A DNA stretch of 64,000 nucleotides, taken from Escherichia phage EC1-UPM. This document shows positions 59,787 to 64,000 of the stretch, piece after piece. The notes below the pieces were generated by a model that saw only the letters and a list, made by a program, of their open reading frames with translations, had not been told where the DNA came from and searched no databases. The DNA lies in the sequence record NC_041906.1; one strand, 5' to 3'. Position numbers and translations under genes: made by a program. The first letter of the stretch is position 1. The number at the start of each line of letters is the position of its first letter.

Positions 59787-60100
59787 GCGAATATCTCCCG
59801 TCTTGTAGCAGCTAATACACCAATAATTGCACCTGCCCCAGCCCATACCCACTTACCAAAAATTCCAGCACCAACCACTTTATGTTTAATAGTAATGAAC
59901 TCTTCGATAGTAGGTTCGTTCTTAGCTAAACTATCCTCCACGTTCTTTAGTCTGTTGCCTATGTCATTGATTGAATCCCGTAGTTCTACCAGAGTTTCCT
60001 CTAGTTTCTCACGGTCCTGTCTGTCTCTTGCCTGGTTATCAAACAAAGTCTTCAATCGTTCCTCCAGTCTGACTAGGAGCAGTTCACCCGATTCATTCAT
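59771..60100 (-). CDS. tail-anchored coiled-coil membrane protein (lysis regulator candidate)
   Basis: Charged coiled-coil N-terminus, single C-terminal TM VVGAGIFGKWVWAGAGAIIGVLAA. Confidence 0.4.
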   Translation of the reverse strand: MNESGELLLVRLEERLKTLFDNQARDRQDREKLEETLVELRDSINDIGNRLKNVEDSLAKNEPTIEEFITIKHKVVGAGIFGKWVWAGAGAIIGVLAATRREIFAWFAG

Positions 60101-60300
60101 AATATTACCGTAGTTGTGTAGTTAGTATTCCCGATAGGGCCATATCATAAGATGACTCTTAGATAATACTTAGTATGATGGGATACATCCAGACATAGTG
60201 GATGGTATTCAACTGTGTATGTTTAACATATCCGGGCAAGTAATCACCCTAACAGCAGTATCGGTTAGGGTAATGCAAACAATAAACTCTATATAAGAAA

Positions 60301-60317
60301 AGGCCCAAACTGGGCCT
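60301..60317 (-). terminator. intrinsic terminator after tailspike gene
   Basis: AGGCCC-AAACT-GGGCCT; on - strand followed by TTTCTTATAT. Confidence 0.5.
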
Positions 60318-60326
60318 TAGTTTTAA

Positions 60327-62441
60327 TTAAATCAATCCGTAAACTACATTATGTATTACGACACCGCCAACAACAGAGGAAACATTAAAATTAATTTCAG
60401 CTTTGTAGGCTCCTTGTGGAACGCAATCAACCAAAGCATAAAAGTTGAACGTGTTTACCACTGGGATGATATATCCTATGGAATCCGCAACAGCATTTCC
60501 TTGCTGGTCCAGGAATCTAATTGACGCCAGGGTGGTTGTTGTATTTTTAGCCCAAAAGCCAAGCTGAAAATAACGACCCGGCTCACAATCAATGATTGTT
60601 TGAGTGAAGTTAGCTGCTGCATCTGCTGATGGTACAGATAAAACAAAAGAAGTTGTAAACATTAAATCATTAGGAACATCGTTTGCTGTAGTAGCAGTGA
60701 CAGCACCTGTTCCAGTTTGCGAGAGTGTCCAGTTAGATGTATTTACAAACTGTCCTGAGCCATTACTAATACTATTAATATATGGGCTTACAATGCTCCC
60801 TAGACTCCAGTTAGTTGTAATAAATCCTGCACGAGGGAAGCACCCCCTGGACATTACTTTTTTACTTGCACCGCCTATCAACTGTCTTGTGGCAAATCCA
60901 GTAGCAATCGTTGTGTTACCGTAGAGAGGTAATGAGCAGTTATTTAAACTAACTACCCCGTCACCATTACTAACAATAGGCACTGTACTGTAGCCTTCCG
61001 GAAGCAAAATTGTAGAATCTTTAATACTGAGGCGTGAGCTTCCGCTTACAGTAAAGCCTACAAAGCTCTGCCCAGGTTGATACTCAATATTACCGTTAGC
61101 AAATACTAGGGTAGCATTATCACTTAATGCCACTACTGGATCAAAGTAGCCTGCCTTTTTACCTGCTGGTAATGAGCATGAATCAAAGATGAACTGCCCA
61201 TTCTCAAAAGTAAATGGACCCCCATTATCAACCATCCAGCAGTGATTGAATTTTATAACCTCACCAGCATTAGCCGGGGAATTAAAGATTACAGAGTTAG
61301 TAAAACTGCGAGAAATAGTGCACTTATCAAACAGGATACGGTATGCATTATCTTTAAACTCAATACCAGCGGTAGATATAAACCCACAGTTAGCTATACG
61401 TAATTCTGCTATCCCCCCTCCAGTACTACTGCCCAAACACATCTTTCGGGTACCTTTACCTACAAAGGAAATACCTGTTAATAGGGCAGTAGCATTAATG
61501 GCATCACGAGCTGTGTAATCCGTGTTAGAGTTGATTACGGTTAAGTAATACTCTCCTGTTACACCTTCCACTTCCGTAAGGGTACACTTATTGGCTCCTA
61601 CTAAAGCCCCCTTAGCTACATCCAGTAAGATAGGTGTACTAATAGTCCCTGATGTAGGTACAAGACAATCGTAACCGGCAGAGTTTACTTTGTTAATGAA
61701 CGGAGCAATGTCTCCCGTACCAGTATAACCTGCATCATATACCGTAGCAGTGCCATCAAAGAACTTACGCTTCCAGACCACACCTGCACCGGTGAAAGTT
61801 ACAACTTCATCTACAGGAGTAGTATTAGGAACCGCAATCATAATACCCCCACCAACGGAAGAGCCTGAGTATGAATCTAGCATTACACTAGACCCTACTG
61901 TTGCTCCGATAGAGGCCAGGGCAGTTACGTCAGGTACACTACCAATCAAGGTCATACCATCCTGAGATGCCAACTGAGCACGCAAAATAGGACCCGTTTG
62001 AGACTTCCAGTCCGTGTTGCCAACAGGGTTGGTCCCTTCAACAATAGTTACAGGTAGAGAACCTAAGTAGGTATAACCAATACCATTATGCATCAAAAGC
62101 TCATTTCGAGTATTTACTACTAAGCCCGTAGTAAATGATTCAGATAAGCATACAAACTCCCTACGTGCAGCAGCCAGTTCACCTAAATCAACTGTACCTG
62201 CTGAATGAACCAGGACTGCCTGCTCACTGAGACTTACAGCAATGGTTCCTACTGGAAGTACAGGCAATGAGTAAGCACGTTGAGTAGCCTTATCATAAAT
62301 TACTTTGTATCCACCTAAATCTACTCCTACAGAAAAGTAGACTACTTCATTCTGCTTAACACCAAACTTACGGGCAATGGCTTGTTTATTGGTAAGAATA
62401 CCAGTGGAGCCTTTACCACCTTGAGAGAACATTTCGTTCAT
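60327..62441 (-). CDS. tail spike / receptor-binding protein with beta-helix-like repeats
   Basis: 704 aa; G/S/T/N-rich short-period repeats (CGFISTAGIEF, CTISRSFTNSVIFNS, CWMVDNGG) suggest right-handed beta-helix. Confidence 0.5.
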   Translation of the reverse strand: MNEMFSQGGKGSTGILTNKQAIARKFGVKQNEVVYFSVGVDLGGYKVIYDKATQRAYSLPVLPVGTIAVSLSEQAVLVHSAGTVDLGELAAARREFVCLSESFTTGLVVNTRNELLMHNGIGYTYLGSLPVTIVEGTNPVGNTDWKSQTGPILRAQLASQDGMTLIGSVPDVTALASIGATVGSSVMLDSYSGSSVGGGIMIAVPNTTPVDEVVTFTGAGVVWKRKFFDGTATVYDAGYTGTGDIAPFINKVNSAGYDCLVPTSGTISTPILLDVAKGALVGANKCTLTEVEGVTGEYYLTVINSNTDYTARDAINATALLTGISFVGKGTRKMCLGSSTGGGIAELRIANCGFISTAGIEFKDNAYRILFDKCTISRSFTNSVIFNSPANAGEVIKFNHCWMVDNGGPFTFENGQFIFDSCSLPAGKKAGYFDPVVALSDNATLVFANGNIEYQPGQSFVGFTVSGSSRLSIKDSTILLPEGYSTVPIVSNGDGVVSLNNCSLPLYGNTTIATGFATRQLIGGASKKVMSRGCFPRAGFITTNWSLGSIVSPYINSISNGSGQFVNTSNWTLSQTGTGAVTATTANDVPNDLMFTTSFVLSVPSADAAANFTQTIIDCEPGRYFQLGFWAKNTTTTLASIRFLDQQGNAVADSIGYIIPVVNTFNFYALVDCVPQGAYKAEINFNVSSVVGGVVIHNVVYGLI

Positions 62442-62465
62442 AAGTACCTCTTTGTTTTTCTAGAA

Positions 62466-62485
62466 AACCCCGCCGAAGCGGGGTT
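62466..62485 (-). terminator. intrinsic terminator between tail genes
   Basis: AACCCCGC-CGAA-GCGGGGTT hairpin ~25 nt upstream of 704-aa gene start. Confidence 0.45.
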
Positions 62486-62724
62486 TTACTGTTGTTGTTG
62501 TTATACTGTTCCAGCAACATCAGGAGGAGTTTGCCTACTAGCGTAAACTGTTGTGTTTCCTGTTGGCGTTGCTTTTCCTGATCCATCTGTATACCAGCAG
62601 TATATCCTCACAACCAGACCAATTCTAACCTGCGTAAAGAATTTGGTTCTATCGTTAACTGGTTCTAAAGTAACAGTTACTTGCTTATTACCTCGAAACG
62701 GAAACTGCTAAACAGGCCTGTTAC

Positions 62725-63972
62725 TTAGATCTCTTTAACAATCAAAACCAATTCCGCAGCTGTTATACCAGCGGCGCCAGTATTGCCTAAAGTAGCCATG
62801 ATGTTAACAGTGTTACCTGATACAGAGCTAGTTAACGTACATGTCCCTGCATTGGTGCTAGTTCCCGCATCACCCGCCACTGAACTCTCTGAATATTCCA
62901 GTATGTTAACACGCGCCGCTCCAGAAGTTTTAGCTGCTAGAACGCTGGCCCTCTTCATTAGTAGACCTGCACCGTTGCCCGTTTTATTTTTGCAAACCAA
63001 CTGCATATCGTATGCAGCCTGTGAATAATTGGGGATTGTAAAACTGAATATCGTGGTAGCAACTCCGACCGAAAGGTTAGTGATCGAGCGCCTGCCTGTA
63101 TCGTTAACTTCCACTGCTGACGGTACACCCGCACCAAGTGTTAAACTCAGAGACTGAATTTCCGTAGCGGTACCAACTTTGCCGTCAAATATGATTTCAA
63201 TCACATCACCGGCATCAGCTTTGAAGGTGGTCGTACTAAACCCACTATGTTCAATGAGGTCATATGTCCTGCCTCCTCCTTTTGTTGTATTAGCTATTGC
63301 TGTAGATTCCAGGCCAGCCCCTGTTTCCTTTAAGTTTGCAGAAATTGTCCACTCACCACTACAAGGCAACGGTAAAGAGAGAATTCTTATGATCTCTTCG
63401 CCAGCAACTGTCCGTTTAAATCTTGGAAGGTAACTAAGTGAGCCAGCTGGAATGTACCGACTATTCTTTATGCCGCCAGACTGCATTCCGATATTTGCAG
63501 TTGGTGTCGTGTAAGGTCGAGCATCTCTTGCAGGAACCCTTGCCCCTACAACGTCAAACGTAGTTACTTCGTTGGAGCCATCAGCAAACCATTTAGAGCC
63601 GGAATCAATAAAGCCACCAACCCAAACGACAGCCCACGTGATATGAGGGTCTACTACCTTAAAGACAGCAGTATAACTGGCGTCACATCCAATAAAGGTG
63701 GTTCCTGAGAAAACAGCTTTGTGATTTGGCGTCTCGTAGAAATAAAAAATTGCTTCATCCGTATCTAAGCGCCTGCGCAACTCACAACTGTCGAACACGT
63801 TGCTATTAAAGTTGGCGCTGTCAATGTCAGTTTTTGCATACATGCCCGCGAAGCGGCATTCGTTAAATTTGTTCCAGTAAATGGAGTAAGTTGCCCGCCC
63901 TAATTCTTCCCAGCGTCCAAACCTTGTGGCACCGAAATCAATATCTGAAAACGTGCAGTTCCGCACATCCAT
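62725..63972 (-). CDS. tail fiber/appendage-like structural protein (possibly partial; frame stays open to window edge)
   Basis: 415 aa from first ATG; no in-frame stop between 63973 and 64000. Confidence 0.45.
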   Translation of the reverse strand: MDVRNCTFSDIDFGATRFGRWEELGRATYSIYWNKFNECRFAGMYAKTDIDSANFNSNVFDSCELRRRLDTDEAIFYFYETPNHKAVFSGTTFIGCDASYTAVFKVVDPHITWAVVWVGGFIDSGSKWFADGSNEVTTFDVVGARVPARDARPYTTPTANIGMQSGGIKNSRYIPAGSLSYLPRFKRTVAGEEIIRILSLPLPCSGEWTISANLKETGAGLESTAIANTTKGGGRTYDLIEHSGFSTTTFKADAGDVIEIIFDGKVGTATEIQSLSLTLGAGVPSAVEVNDTGRRSITNLSVGVATTIFSFTIPNYSQAAYDMQLVCKNKTGNGAGLLMKRASVLAAKTSGAARVNILEYSESSVAGDAGTSTNAGTCTLTSSVSGNTVNIMATLGNTGAAGITAAELVLIVKEI

Positions 63973-64000
63973 AAGCGTTACATATTCACTTACAGAGAAT

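Noticed and set aside
1-64000. Temperate/prophage features (integrase, repressor, att sites)
   Set aside because: None seen; gene content matches a strictly lytic N4-like phage.

Overview
The window appears to be a near-complete genome of a lytic N4-like podophage (Schitoviridae-type organisation); all calls rest on motif reading and recalled N4 gene order, with no database search run. Bases 1-35650 carry a rightward (+) block of early, middle and replication genes: many small ORFs, a split T7-like RNA polymerase II (272 aa + 405 aa, motifs A/B/C present), an Ig-like decoration protein, an AAA ATPase/vWA pair, dCTP-deaminase-like, ThyX, rIIA/rIIB-like, helicase, family-A DNA polymerase, two HNH-AP2 homing endonucleases flanking a PD-(D/E)XK-like nuclease, primase-like protein, SSB-like, RuvC-like resolvase and an N4 gp49-family protein. 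Bases 35685-64000 carry a leftward (-) late block: a giant ~3600 aa virion RNA polymerase, internal virion proteins, major capsid protein, scaffold-like protein, portal, a lysis cassette (GH108 muramidase, holin candidates, Rz with embedded Rz1) and beta-helix tail proteins; the terminase is outside the window. No integrase, CRISPR array or obviously novel defence/anti-defence system could be identified. The items most worth follow-up are (i) a homing-endonuclease insertion that left a synonymously recoded duplicate of the first 17 codons of the adjacent nuclease gene, (ii) a 2.1 kb ORF-free, hairpin-dense region (32812-34930) with four tRNA T-arm motifs and two CCA-ended elements that do not fold as canonical tRNAs, and (iii) four copies of a GCTGY-TCC-RCAGC 3-nt-loop hairpin upstream of early genes, candidate virion-RNAP promoters.
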